A DNA stretch of 64,000 bases from Mobula hypostoma (Eukaryota): positions 240,376,001 to 240,440,000 of the forward strand of contig NC_086097.1 of the NCBI RefSeq assembly GCF_963921235.1, written 5' to 3'. This document shows, one piece after another, positions 49,536 to 61,914 of the stretch. Both the position numbers and the translations under genes were made by a program. The notes beneath the pieces were generated by a model. The model saw only the letters and a list, made by a program, of their open reading frames with translations. It did not search any database and was not told where the DNA came from. Position 1 is the first letter of the stretch, and each line of letters opens with the position of its first letter.

Positions 49536-50479
49536 TATCCTGTCAAGTAATTCGAAGTCCTCCCCAAACTAAGAACTTCTAATCCAATCGAATGTGAATT
49601 TATTTAATCCCTGAGGGAAATATTTCCTTTCATCACAAATATTATCACACAAAAGTCTGACATACAATTTTCCAAAACCAGCAACCCCTACTCGGCTCCA
49701 TATAACCCATGTGAAGGCAGTTTGAAATATAACAGATGACTGAAAGCTTGAATATTTCGGAAAGTTCTTTTTATGACTTTGGAAACCATACAGTGACAGC
49801 ACACACAGAACAACCACTTCAGTGTTGCTGATAACTGCCTAAAGTATGAAGTTACTCACTTCTGGTGACAGAGTTGTAAAGTGGTTAAAAAAATGCATCT
49901 CCCAATGGATTAACCCAGGGAAGAGAGATGTATCAGACTAATCCTCAAGACTCATAAATCATTTAATAGCATTCAATGTGTGCAATGTCTTCACTTCTTA
50001 AAGAATACCACAGCATCAATTAATTTTGTATCCCATATCCATCAAATATATTGAACTTATATTGTTGCTTATAAGACATTGCCTCACTTGTGCAAAGCAA
50101 AGTGATTGGATTACCTTGTAGTAAAAACTGTCCACATTTATTCATAGTCTTGTGCTTGCAGCCATAAATGTCATTGATATTCTTTCATTTCCTTGTCCAA
50201 TGTGCTACAGCACTGGTGGATATGGAGGCATAGTATTTAACGTAACGTTTTACAGCATCAGCTATCAGAGTTCAGTTCCTGCCACCTTCTGTCAGGAGTT
50301 TGTATGTTCTACCTGTGACTGTGTGGATTTCCTCCGGATGCTCTGGTTTCATCCCATATTCCAAACACATACCGGTTAGTAAATTATGTTGGTACCAGAC
50401 ACATGGCAACACTTGCGGGCTGCACCCAGCACATCTTCGGACTATGTTGGTCGTTAACTCAAATGATACTTTTCAATAT

Positions 50480-50810
50480 CCATTTTCCCCCTTCCCTCTT
50501 CCTCTAATCCCCACTCTGGCCTTTTACCTCTTCTCACCTGTCTATCATTTTGCCCGGGTCCCCTCCTCCTTCTCACTCTCCTATCAGATTCCTTCCTCTC
50601 CAGCCCTTGACCTTTCCCACCCACCTGGCTTCACCTATCACCTTCCAGCAAGCCTCCTTCCCATATCCCCAACTTCCTTTCCAGTCCAGAAGAAGGGTTT
50701 TGGCTCGAAATGTCGACTGTTTATTCATTTCCATGGATGATGCCTGACTTGCCGAGCTTCTCCAGCATTTAGTGTGTGTTGCTTTGGATTTCCAACATCT
50801 GCAGACTTTT
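50480..50810 (+). mobile_element. Penelope-like 3' terminus nested in a V-SINE (about 50225-50855)
   Basis: Pyrimidine tract, decayed hammerhead cagtcCAGAAGA...GAAATGTCgactg (50682-50719). Confidence 0.75.
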
Positions 50811-51057
50811 TCGGGCTCACTATTTATTTGATGGGCATGTGACAAAGCTAATCTCTTCATCTCATCTCCCATAGTATTCAGTAAATGGTGAAGTTCAGAG
50901 ACTTTCACAGAGTAGGAATTGTTACAAATTTGGATGTTATTTTCAAGTGGTGATGAGTGCTTAGGGAATAAAACTATCCGATTATTCGTTCTGAATAGCA
51001 ACAAAGTAGTCATGTTATCTCCGCATTTTCAGGTATTTTGAATATGAACAAAATGTA

Positions 51058-51940
51058 GACTATAAAACCAAAAGATATAGGAGCAGAATTAGGCCATTTG
51101 GCCCATCGAGTCTGCTCCACAATTTCATCATGGCTGATCCATTTTCTCTCTCAGCTCCCATCTCCTGCCTTCTCCACGTATCCCTTCATGCCCTGACTAA
51201 TCAAGAATCTACAACCTCTGCCTCTAGGACAAGAGGGCACAACCTCAGTATAGAGGTGCGTCCATTTAAAACAGAGATGTGGAGAAATCTCTTTAGCCAA
51301 AGGGTGGTGAATTTGAAGAAGTTGTTGCCACTTGCAGCTGTGGAGGCCAGGTTGTTGGGTGTACTTAAGGCAGAGGTTGATAGGTCCTTGAAAGGTTATA
51401 GGGAGAAGGTTAGGGAATGGGGTTGAGGAGTGAGAAAATGGATCAATCACGATTGAATGGTGGAGCAGACTCGACGGGCCAAATGGCCTAATTCTGCTCC
51501 TGTGTCTTATGGTCTTAAATAGACCCAGTGACTTGACCTCCACAGCTACCTGTGGGAACGAATTCCACAGATTCACCGCTCTCTGGCTAAAGAAATTCCT
51601 CCTCATCTCTATTCTAAATGGACGCCCCTCTATTCTGAGGCTGTGTCCTCTGGTCTGAGACTCTCCCACCATAGGAAACATCCTCTCCACATCCACTCTA
51701 TCGAGGCCTTTCACCATTTGATAGGTTCCAATGAGATTTCCACTCATTCTTCTGAATTCCAGTGAATAGAGGCCCAGAGCCATCAAATGTTCCTCATATG
51801 AAAAGCCTTTCAATCCCAGAATCATTTTTGTGAACCTCCTTTCAGTCCTCTCCAATGTCAGCACATCCTTTCTATGATAAGGGGCTCAAAGCTGCTCACA
51901 ATATACTGAGTGAGGCTCCACCAATGCTTTATACAGTCCC
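51058..51940 (-). mobile_element. CR1 3' fragment containing an opposite-strand CR1 3' end (about 51226-51515)
   Basis: CR1 C-terminal motifs on both strands; two tails. Confidence 0.85.
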
Positions 51941-52979
51941 AATGTTACATTAATTTACAAAACAGTTGGAATATTCCTATCTCTAATCAAATAGTTATTT
52001 TATAAATATAGTAGTTTGCATTCATCAGGGAAAATCAGAGAAATGTAACACATCATTTCAGAAATAAACCATCACCTTTATTAATTAAAGCTCTGAAAAT
52101 CACATTGCTAATTCAGTAAGCTAATCTTACTGGAGAACGGAAATTCTGTAAGTAGCATTAAAAATGCAAAATACTTGCTAATTTATACTGGTGCCAACAA
52201 CTTGGAAAAATAGATAGGTAGAAGAGATAAAAGGCTGAAGAAGAAGGAAGCGAACTGTGCATTATGTGAGAAAGCGGAGGAGTGGCAGCCGAGGAAGGTG
52301 AGGGGCAGGTGAGGAGAAGAGGAGAGGAGAGAGGTGAACCACGGTGGGAATGGAAGGGAGAAAATAAGTTAATCAATTGAGTTTTAAAAAGCTGGCAGAG
52401 GAGTGAGTTATATACATAGGAATTTTATTTCCATTTTGGAAAGGTTGCCTGGTTGAATATGAAAGCATAGCTAAGAATTTAGAATGTTTACCTGAAGTCG
52501 TCAAGCACAATGAAAGATGGAAATAGCAAGATTTTGCAAGGGATCTTGATTGCGACTGTATTTATTCTCACTCAAACTTCAAAAGTAGAATCACCTTTCT
52601 ACTTGAAGTCAGCCTGGCATTTTAGAAGAGGAATTAAAGAAAGTACATTAAAGAAAATTGAAAAAGTCGATTAAGAAAGTAAGAAAGTAATTTTGGTTGC
52701 AGGAAATCTGCAATCAGAACAGAAATGTCTAAAAATACTCAGTATTTGTACTCAGTACTCAGTAAAAATACTAGCAGCAGCTACAGAAAGAGAAATGGAG
52801 TTAACATTTGGGGTTGAATATCCAGAGGTGGTGGATGGGGATGAAAGTGGATGGGGTCTGTATTAAGGTGGAAAGCAGAAGCAATTAAGTTTAGAAAAGG
52901 GAGTGATGGTGAAAAGAGAAAGGAAATTGTGCAGGGAATAATGGTCTTAAAGTTTCAGAATTTCAGAAAAATTATAAAA

Positions 52980-53320
52980 TCACAAAACATAGGAGCAGAA
53001 GTAGGCCCTTCAGTCCATCAAGTCAGCTCCACTATTTAATCATGGCTGATTTATTTTCCCTCTCAACCCTTTTCTCCTGCCTTCTGCCCATAATCTTTGA
53101 TAACCTTCCGAATCAAGAACCTATCTACCTCCACTTTAAATAGATTCAATACTTGGCCTCCACGGCCAGCTGTGGGAATGAATTCCACAGATTCGCCACT
53201 CTCTGGTTAAAGAAATTTCTCCTCGTCTCTGTTCTAAAGGGACTTCCCTCTAGACTGAGGCTACGCCCTCTTGTCTTAGACACCCCACTGGTGGCATGAA
53301 TCCTCTCTATCTAAGCCTTT
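52980..53320 (-). mobile_element. CR1 3' fragment
   Basis: acataggagcagaagtaggcc tail; aattccacagattcgccactctctgg. Confidence 0.8.
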
Positions 53321-54099
53321 CTGGGATATCTGAATTTATCAAAAGAATGTGAAGTAAACCAGATGTAAAATTGCCAGAAGTGAATACCTGACATTGTTGG
53401 GTCCTGAAAATTCTAATGTCTCTCTTTGCAATAAGAGGTTAATCAAAGTTTTATTAGAATAGAAGAGAAGGTAAGAACAGCAGGGTCAAAGTGCAAGTAG
53501 GACAAAGGATTGAAGTGACAAGTGAATAGAACCTAACATCACCCTTGAGGGGTGAATAGATGTGTCTGACAAAACAGTCACTCTGTCTGCATTTTTCTCC
53601 CCGTTTTACAGAAGATCTCACCATCAGCATTGGAACAGAACACCAATATGAAAGAGTTTAACATTATGTTAATTATAATATTATTGTTTGCTGCCTCTTT
53701 CATCCATGGAATAGGCAATAGCTTTTATAAGATGTCTACCTGTTTTGTTTTATGTCGTTTGCACCTTGCTTCAGTGCCCATACTTTTGGAACATTTATTT
53801 ATGGAATAGCAGAGACAGCAATTTCCTTTATGCATTATGTCTGCGGTGATTTTTTTCTGAAACTCTGCCAGGCTGTACAGAAAGGAGCAGGCCAACCTTT
53901 GTTTTATGGGGTGAAAAAAGATTTTTAAGTGCTGCAAACTGATGCTTTCTGTTTTCATTCATCAGCCTCATAACTAAGGAATTCCAAGCCTTCCTCATTC
54001 CTTGAATTTGTGCTGCAAATTTCAGGTTTTGAAATCTAAGCAGAATCATAAAGTCATAGAACTCTGCAGCTTAGAAACAGGCTGTTTGGCCCATCTAGC

Positions 54100-55975
54100 G
54101 GATGCTGTGCACCAGTTCATAAGCTGCTCTGTATGCCAACTCACCATTTTACGGATGAGACCAGACAACTTTGTGTAGCCAGCGAACTTAGCGATGTGTT
54201 TAGAGCTGGATCTAGCAGAACAGTTGTGCATCAGCAGTGTGAACGGTAGTGGGTTGAGTAGGCACACAACAGAAACAAAACCAAAGAGCTGATTGACGAC
54301 AGGAGGAAGATACCAGAGGTCTTCATTGGAGGGTTGGAGGTGGACAGGGTCAGTATCGTTAAATTCCTATAGATTCATTACAGAGAGTGTCTCCTAGGAC
54401 CAGCATGTAACTTCCGTTACAAAAAATGCATAGCAGTGTCTCCGCTTTCTCAGAAGTTTGTGCAGAGTCGGCATGTCATCCAAAACCCTAAGAAACGTCT
54501 ACAAATGCACAGTGGAGAGTCTCCTGACTGGTTGCATCACTCCCTGTTGTGGGAACGTCAATGCCTCAGAACTGAAAAGCCAACAGAAAGTAATGGATAC
54601 AGCCCAGTCCATCACAGGAAAAGCACTTACAAAGAACGCTTCCACAAGAAAGATTTCAACTTCACTGGTATAAACTGGGATCTTCCTAGTGCAAAGGGTT
54701 TAGATTGGGAAGAATTTTTTAAGTGTATCCAGGATTTTGTAAATTAATATGTCAATGGTCCAACAAGAGGTGGCGCTATACTGGACCTGGTGTTGGGTAA
54801 TGAGCCTGGCAAGGTGACTGACTTTTCAGTGGCTCAGTACACTGTTTAGGCAAGACCCTTAGCAGTGTTGCTGGGCAGCGAGAAGTTGGGATCCAAGTTC
54901 ATAGCTCCTTGAAAGTGGCTACACAAGGTGCACAAGAATGCTTATGGAATGCTTGTTTTTATTAGTCGAGGCATTGAGTTCAAAAGTCAGGAGGCTATGT
55001 TGCAACTTTATAAAACTCTGGTTAGGCCACATGTGAAGCTTTGCATACAGTTCTGGTCGCCCCACTATAGGAGGGATGTTGAGTCTTTGGAGAGGGTGCA
55101 AAAGAGGTTTGCCAGGATGCTGTCTCACTTGGAAGACATGTGCTATCAAGATGGGCCGGACAAACTCAGGTTGATTTTTGGAGCAGCAGAGGCTAAGGGA
55201 AGGTCTGATAAAGATTTATAAGATTAAGAGAGGCAGAGATAGAGTAGACAGGGAGTGTCTTTCTTCCAGGGTAGAAAAGTCCAATAGCAGAGGGTGTGCA
55301 TTGAAGTTGAGGGGGAGTAGGACCAATGGGGGTGTCAGAGGTAAACTTTTTACTCAGGGAGTCGTGGCTGCCTCGAATGTGCTGTCTGGTATGGTGGTAG
55401 AGGCAAATACATTCGAGGCTTTTAAGAGACATGTGGATAAGGACATGGATGTGAAGAAGATGGAGGGATATGGATATTGTGTAGGTAGGAGGGATTAGTT
55501 TCTGGGATTTGTTTTAGTTACTTTTCAGCTGCTTCATCACAACATTGTGGTCTGAAGAGCCCGCTCCTGTGCTGTACGTTCTATATGTTACGTTCTTTGA
55601 ATGCAGCATCCATCAACAAGGACCCCACCATCCAGGCCATGCTTTCTTCTCACTGTTACCATTGGGCAGGAGATACAGGAGTCCTACACTACCATGTTCA
55701 AGAACAGTTTTTCCATTCAACCATCAGGTTCCTGAACCAGCATGGATAACTTCACACACCTCAACACTGAACTGTTTCTGCAACCTATGGACTTACTCTC
55801 AAGAGCTCTGCAACTCATATTCTCACTTAAAGATATGTTATTATTATTATTATTATTCTGTATTTGCACGGTTTGTCTTCCTTTGCATATTGATTGTCAG
55901 TCTTTGTGTTTAGTTTCACATTGATTCTATTGTATTTCATTGTTCATGTCAGGGTGGTGGTATATGATGACTCAT
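54100..55975 (+). mobile_element. Rex1/Babar with inverted 5' part (54100-54265), interrupted by an internally deleted CR1 (about 54652-55590)
   Basis: Minus strand KFAGYT..GLI...WC abuts plus strand NKTKELI; Rex1 resumes at about 55600 with HHPGHAFFSLLP. Confidence 0.7.
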
Positions 55976-55976
55976 G

Positions 55977-56817
55977 TGGTATTGTGCAAAAGTCTTAGGC
56001 ACATATATAGAACATAGAACATAGGATAGTACAGCACAGTACAGGCCCTTCGGCCCACAACGTTGTGCCGACCCTCAAACCCTGCCTCCCATATAAGCCC
56101 CCACCTTAAATTCCTCCATATACCTGTCTAGTGGTCTCTTAAACTTCACTAGTGTATCTGCCTCCACCACTGACTCAGGCAGTGCATTCCACGCACCAAC
56201 CACTCTCTGAGTAAAAAACCTTCCTTTAATATCCCCCTTGAACTTCTCACCCCTTACCTTAAAGCCATGTCTTCTTGTATTGAGCAGTGGTGCCCTGGGG
56301 AAGAGGCTCTGGCTATCCACTTTATCTATTCCTCTTATTATCTTGTACACCTCTATCATGTCTCCTCTCATCCTCCTTCTCTCCAAAGAGTAAAGCCCTT
56401 TGTATGTGGAAAGCCAGTTTGTAAAGGATGTTGGGAATAGCAAGGGTAGCGTGCAGCAGGAGGGGTGTGGAACAGGTGGCAGAGAGGCAGTACCGGGTTG
56501 GGGTGGCACAGGTGTAAACACCCTGAGACACCAGGCAAGGTTATTTGATTCCAAACAACTAGTTTATAGATCATTACAGAATTTCTCTCTGGTGCTTCAT
56601 GCTCCCTCCCCTCTCCCTTCCCCTTTTCCCAACCATGATTTCCCTCTCCCTGTCCACAATAGAGATCCATCTCAGAATCAGGTTTATCATCACTCACACA
56701 TGTCATGAAATTTGATTTTTTTTGTGGCAGCAGTACAGTGCAATGCATAAAATTACTACAGTACAATGCAAAAGTCTGGGGCCTAATATATGTGCCTAAT
56801 ACTTTTGCACAGTACTG
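55977..56817. mobile_element. Tc1-type MITE (TIR CAGTACTGTGCAAAAGTC) with an internal LINE tail and a nested minus-strand CR1 (about 56008-56400)
   Basis: TIRs at 55977, 56759 and 56790-56817; related pieces at 40420-40700, 57645-57711 and about 63030-63058. Confidence 0.65.
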
Positions 56818-57860
56818 TAAGTACTTTGATAATAAGTTTACTTTGAACTTTGAATTTTGAATTACCTCACGCCTTCTTGCAAGGAGAAGCTCAATGGCAG
56901 CAAGAGATAATGGACTGGGCTTTAAAGGTGTTCCATGTGCAGTGGGAGAAGATGAGATCAGTTACAAATTCAATGATAGGATAGCAACATCAAATCCATG
57001 CAATTGTTACAGAATTCCTTTTTAGCATAACTAAATAAAAACATCCACTTTTCTCTCAATATAATTAATTGTAATAAACTGTAAGGAATTTCACATTCAG
57101 AATTTTGTACAAGTTTAAGCAGGTTAATATTTTATGGGATAAAAGAACTCTTGCTGTGTTTCCTAAATGGTTATAACGGAATTGCTTCACTGAAGAAAGA
57201 CGGAGGGAGCTTATCTTTAAAAGCTTGAGAAATCTAATTTGTCATCTTTAAGTAGTTACCACAGGTCAGGTTTTATTAAACCTCAAAGGGATTGATTTCC
57301 AGCAGTCTTGTTGGGCACAAATTGCAAATACTTTTCCCTTCCCTCAGAGAAAAAAAAAGATCAATGTACCCAAGCACGTGTTTAATTTTGTTCGACAAAA
57401 TAATTCTGCAAGACATAGTTTGAAGTCAGAGAAATGAACCAGCCTAGGTAAAACCTCAGCTGATTTCAGTCTTGAATTATTCCAAGAATGAAAGCTTTCT
57501 CCATGGTTCCATTTCCTCTGAACCTGTTTATTTTTAGGAATTTTTTCTTTAGTTTTACATTTTGATTTGAGATTTAGACAGCCAAATACATTCAGTGGCC
57601 ACTTTATTAGGTACAGGAGTAGAGTGCAATGCATAAAATTACCACAGTACTGTGCAAAAGTCTCAGGCACCCTAGCTATATTTATGTGCTGATGACTTTT
57701 GCACAGTACTGTACATAATTTGATAATAAATTTCCTTTGAACTTTGAACCTTGAATTACCTCACAGTTTGTGGTCTTCTGCTGATGTAGCCCATCCACTT
57801 GAAGATTCAGTGTGTTGTGCATTCAGAGATGCTCTTCAGCACACCACTGTTGTAACACAT

Positions 57861-58349
57861 GGAGATTTACCAGGATGTTGCGCAGAGGAGATTTACCAGG
57901 AAGTTGTGCAGAGGAGATTTACCGGGAAGTTGCGCAGAGGAGATTTACCGGGAAGTTGCGCAGAGGAGATTTGCCAGGAAGTTGCGCAGAGGAGATTTAC
58001 CAGGAAGTTGCGCAGAGGAGATTTACCAGGATGTTGCGCAGAGGAGATTTACCAGGATGTTGCGCAGAGGAGATTTGCCAGGAAGTTGCGCAGAGGAGAT
58101 TTACCAGGAAGTTGCGCAGAGGAGATTTACCAGGATGTTGCGCAGAGGAGATTTGCCAGGAAGTTGCGCAGAGGAGATTTGCCAGGAAGTTGCGCAGAGG
58201 AGATTTGCCAGGAAGTTGCGCAGAGGAGATTTACCAGGATGTTGCGCAGAGGAGATTTACCAGGATGTTGCGCAGAGGAGATTTGCCAGGAAGTTGCGCA
58301 GAGGAGATTTACCAGGATGTTGCGCAGAGGAGATTTGCCAGGATGTTGC
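57861..58349 (+). repeat. 26-bp minisatellite, 18.8 copies, derived from CR1 ORF2
   Basis: Unit GCAGAGGAGATTT(A/G)CC(A/G)GGA(A/T)GTTGC, in exact register from 57861 to 58329 (18 x 26). Confidence 0.97.
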
Positions 58350-58808
58350 CTGGATTGGAAAACAAGTCTTATGAGGCAAGGTTAGCAGAGCTGGGACTTT
58401 TCTCTTTGGAGCGTAGAAGGGTGAGAGGGGACTTGATTGATGTCTACAAGATTATGAGAGACATAGATAGGGTGGATAGCCAGTACTTGTTTCCCAGGAC
58501 ATGAATAGCAAACACCAGAGGGCATATGTACAAAGTTAAGGGAGGGAAGTTTAGGGGAGACATCAGGGGTAAGTTTTTTTACACAGCGGGTTGTGGGTGC
58601 CTGGGTTGCCAGGGATGGTGGTGGAGGCTAAAACATTAGAGGTATTTAAGAACCTCTTGGACAGGCACATGGATGAAAGAAAAACAGAGGGTTACGGGGT
58701 AGTGTGGGTTTAGTACGTTTTTTTAAAGGAATATATGGGTCGGCACAACATCGAGGGCCGAAGGGCCTGTACTGCGCTGTAGTATTCTAGTGTCTAGTGT
58801 CTAATGTC
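57861..58808 (+). mobile_element. CR1 3' fragment whose 5' end is the minisatellite
   Basis: QRRFARMLPGLENKSYEARLAELGLFSLERRR; (TCTAGTG)n tail. Confidence 0.9.
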
Positions 58809-60167
58809 TAACGGTTGTTTGAGTTCTTGTTGGCTTCCTGTCAGCTTCAACCAGTCTGGCCATTGTCCTTTGACCGCTCTCATTAACAAGGCATTTTTGC
58901 CCACAGAACTATCACACACTGGATGTATTTGTTTTCTACACCATACTCTGTAAAGTCTAGAGACTGTTGTTTTCAAAAATCCTAGGAGATGAGCAGTTTC
59001 TGAGATACTCAAACCAACCTGCACAGCACAAACATTGTCAAAGTCACTTAGATCACATTTCTTCTCAATTCTACTGTTTGGTCTGAACAGCCACTGAACT
59101 TCTTAACCATGTCTGTGTGCTTTTATGTATTGAGTTGCTGCTACATGATTAACTGATTAGATATTTGCACTAACGACCAAGTGTATGCGTGTACCTAATA
59201 AAGCGGCCACTGAGTGTATAGGTTCCTGTCGTTCAGGTCTTGGACTAGATAGGTGTTTTCTTGCATGACTATGTTCCTTTTCTCATTGTTTTGAATGTGC
59301 TGTGCATGATTTTCACCTTGGACCCAGAGGGACACTATTTCTTTTGGCTGTATTCATGTCTGGTTGAATGATAATTAAACTTGATTTGATTTTTTTTAGT
59401 CCATATTTTTCTTACGGCAAAATGAAAGAACAGAGGTGGCACCTTCCCGTGGTATGTATTTACTAAATTACAACAAATGTTACGAACAAATGTTCTTCCT
59501 ATTTCCAGTCCATTCGGTGCATCAAGTATGCTCCACTATGCCATCGTGGTGGGTGTCTTCAGGGTCGTCTCTGATGGTGGTAATAAGAAGAGAACATTCA
59601 GTTAGCTTCTTTTGTCACAGATATACCAAAATATCAAAGCATATAGTGAAATGTATCACTAGTGTCACACCAAATCAGCAAGCATTCTGCTCGGCAGCCC
59701 ACAAGTGTTGATATGCTTCAAGCACCAACAGTGTGTCCACAGTTCACTAAAGCTAACCATACTAATTTGGAGTGTGGGAGAGAATCAGATCACGCAGAGT
59801 AAACCCATGCAGTCACGCGGGGAGTATACAAATTCCATAGAAGCAATGGTGGGATTTGAAACCGGTTATGCTGCAAAACCGTGCATAACTGATACACTAC
59901 TGTGCCATACAGATCAATGTTCAGCTGCCCCAGTATTTCAGTAAGGTACATCAGCTTTCATCTGAGGACAGAAAAAGGGCACATTAGCTTTGTGGGTTTA
60001 AAAATTTAGAAACATAACTGAATAGGAGTTGGACCAGGTCATTTGTCCCTTCAGGCTTAGTCTAGTTCTCAATACTGTCATTTCTGATCCTTTGACATGC
60101 TACCATAAGACTATAAGACATAGGTATAGAATTAGACCATTTAGCCCATCGTCTGCTCCACCATTCA

Positions 60168-61122
60168 TAGAAACATAGAAAACCTACAGCACAATACAGG
60201 CCCTTCAGCCCACAATGTTGTACCGAACATATACTTACTTTAGAAATTACCTAGGGTTACCCATAGCCCTCTATTTTTCTAAGTTCCATGTACCTATTCA
60301 GGAGCCTCTTAAAAGACCCTATCGTATCCACTTCATCCACTGTCGCCGGCAGCCCATTCCACGCGCTCACCACTCTCCGTGTAAAAAAAACTTACCCCTG
60401 ACATCTCGTCCGTACCTACTTGCAAACACCTTAAAACTGTGTCCCCTTGTGAAAGCCATTTCAGCCCCGGGAAAAAGCCTCTGACTATCCACACGATCAA
60501 TGCCTCTCATCACCTTATACACCTCTGTCAAGTCACATCTCATCCTCCACCACTCCAAGGAGAAAAAGCCAAGTTCACTCAGCCTATTCTCATTACACAT
60601 GCTCCCCAATCATGTCCCTGTTACTATTGGGTGGTCCATAAAAAGCACCCAGTAGAGTTATTGAGTTTTTCCTGTTCCTAACTTTCACCCATAGAGACTC
60701 CGTAGACAATTCTTCCATGTCGTCCTCCTTTTCTGCAGCCGTGACACTATCACTGATCAACAGTGCCACACCCCCACCTCTTTTGCCTCTGTCCCTGTCC
60801 TTTCCGAAACATCTAAATCCTGGTACTCGAGGTAACCATTTCTGGCTCTGAGCCATGCAAGTCTCTGTAAGGGCTACAACATCATACCACCAAGTACTGA
60901 TCCACAGTCTAAGCTCATCCACTTTGTTCATAATACTCCTTGTATTAAAATAGGCACATCTCAAACCATCGGTCTGAGCGCATCCCTTCTCTATCACCTG
61001 TCTATCCTCCCTTTCGCATTGTCTCCAAGCTTTCTCTATTTGTGAGCCAACCTCCTCTTCCTCCGTCTCTTCAGTTTGGTTCCCACCCCCCCAGCAATCC
61101 TAGTTTAAACTCTCCCCAATAC
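60168..61122 (-). mobile_element. CR1 with about 2 kb internal deletion
   Basis: Endonuclease N-terminus (YGPPNSNRD) is fused at about 60610 to the ORF2 C-terminus; same subfamily as 24557-28450. Confidence 0.85.
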
Positions 61123-61188
61123 AATCTGCAACTTCTCAATCAGGATTGTGGAATGATGGTAATTAATGCTGAGCTATAGTCAATAAAC

Positions 61189-61406
61189 CGGCCAGCTGGT
61201 GGCGTAGTGGCATCAGCGCCGGACTTCAGAGCAAAGGCTCCCAAGTTCGAATCCAGCCGGCTCCCTTGCACACTTTCCATCCATGCTAGGTTGAGCGTCA
61301 AGCTAGCAACTTGACCTCATAAAAATAAGAAAGCCTGCTAAAAAAACGCTGTCATGACGGTATCCTGATGACTCCACCCGGAGTTAAGGGCTTTCTTCTT
61401 CTTCCT
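61189..61406 (+). mobile_element. tRNA-derived SINE with (CTT)n tail
   Basis: TGGCGTAGTGG A box, GTTCGAATCC B box; 15-bp TSD CTA(T/C)AGTCAATAAAC (61174-61188, 61407-61421). Confidence 0.88.
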
Positions 61407-61914
61407 CTACAGTCAATAAACATAGGTGTTATATCCTGACATAATCTCCCATGACTATCATAACATTTGCCCTTTTCTATCTCACATTGATATGCCTTTT
61501 CTATTGTAATCTCTGGTCCACATACTAGCTACTGTTGGGAGTCCTTTATATAACTGCCATCAAGGTTCTTTTACCCTAGCGGTTTCTTAACTCAACCCAC
61601 AAATATTGAACACCTTCCGATCCTACGCCACATCTTTCTACTGATTTGATGGCATTCTTCGCCAGCGGAGCCACACTACCCCCTCTGACTACCTTCCCAC
61701 TCATATCATATTCCCATTCTGTCCCTACCTCTTCATGTCTATTGTGTCTTGATGTAAATCTACCACTTTTTTAAATATATTCAGCTGCATGGCTTCCACA
61801 GCTCTCTGATAGACATTTCACAATTCCGCCATTCTCTAAGTGAAGAAATTTCTTTTCCCAATCACGGATTAACTACCCCATATCCTGGCACTGTGTCCCT
61901 CGCTTCTAGTGACA

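Larger units (their letters stand above)
57589..59216 (-). mobile_element. Tc1-like deletion derivative (HTH remnant) hosting a CR1
   Basis: TA flanks, TIR CA(C/T)TCAGTGGCC.CTTTATTAGGTAC at both ends; GLSISETAHLLGFLKTTVSRLY. Confidence 0.85.

Noticed and set aside
51151..51864. 237-aa ORF
   Set aside because: Runs across two nested, opposite-strand CR1 fragments.
57861..58349. CRISPR-like array or repeat-protein gene (ORFs of 213, 230 and 171 aa)
   Set aside because: Units are contiguous with no spacers, there are no cas genes, and the unit is CR1 sequence; the ORFs result from a stop-free repeat.
61189..61262. tRNA genes (also at 49220-49290 and 46195-46270)
   Set aside because: No proper acceptor stem or terminator; they continue into SINE bodies with TSDs.
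61360..61395. CTGATGA plus hairpin as a hammerhead
   Set aside because: Lacks the GAAA core and the stem I/III pairing.
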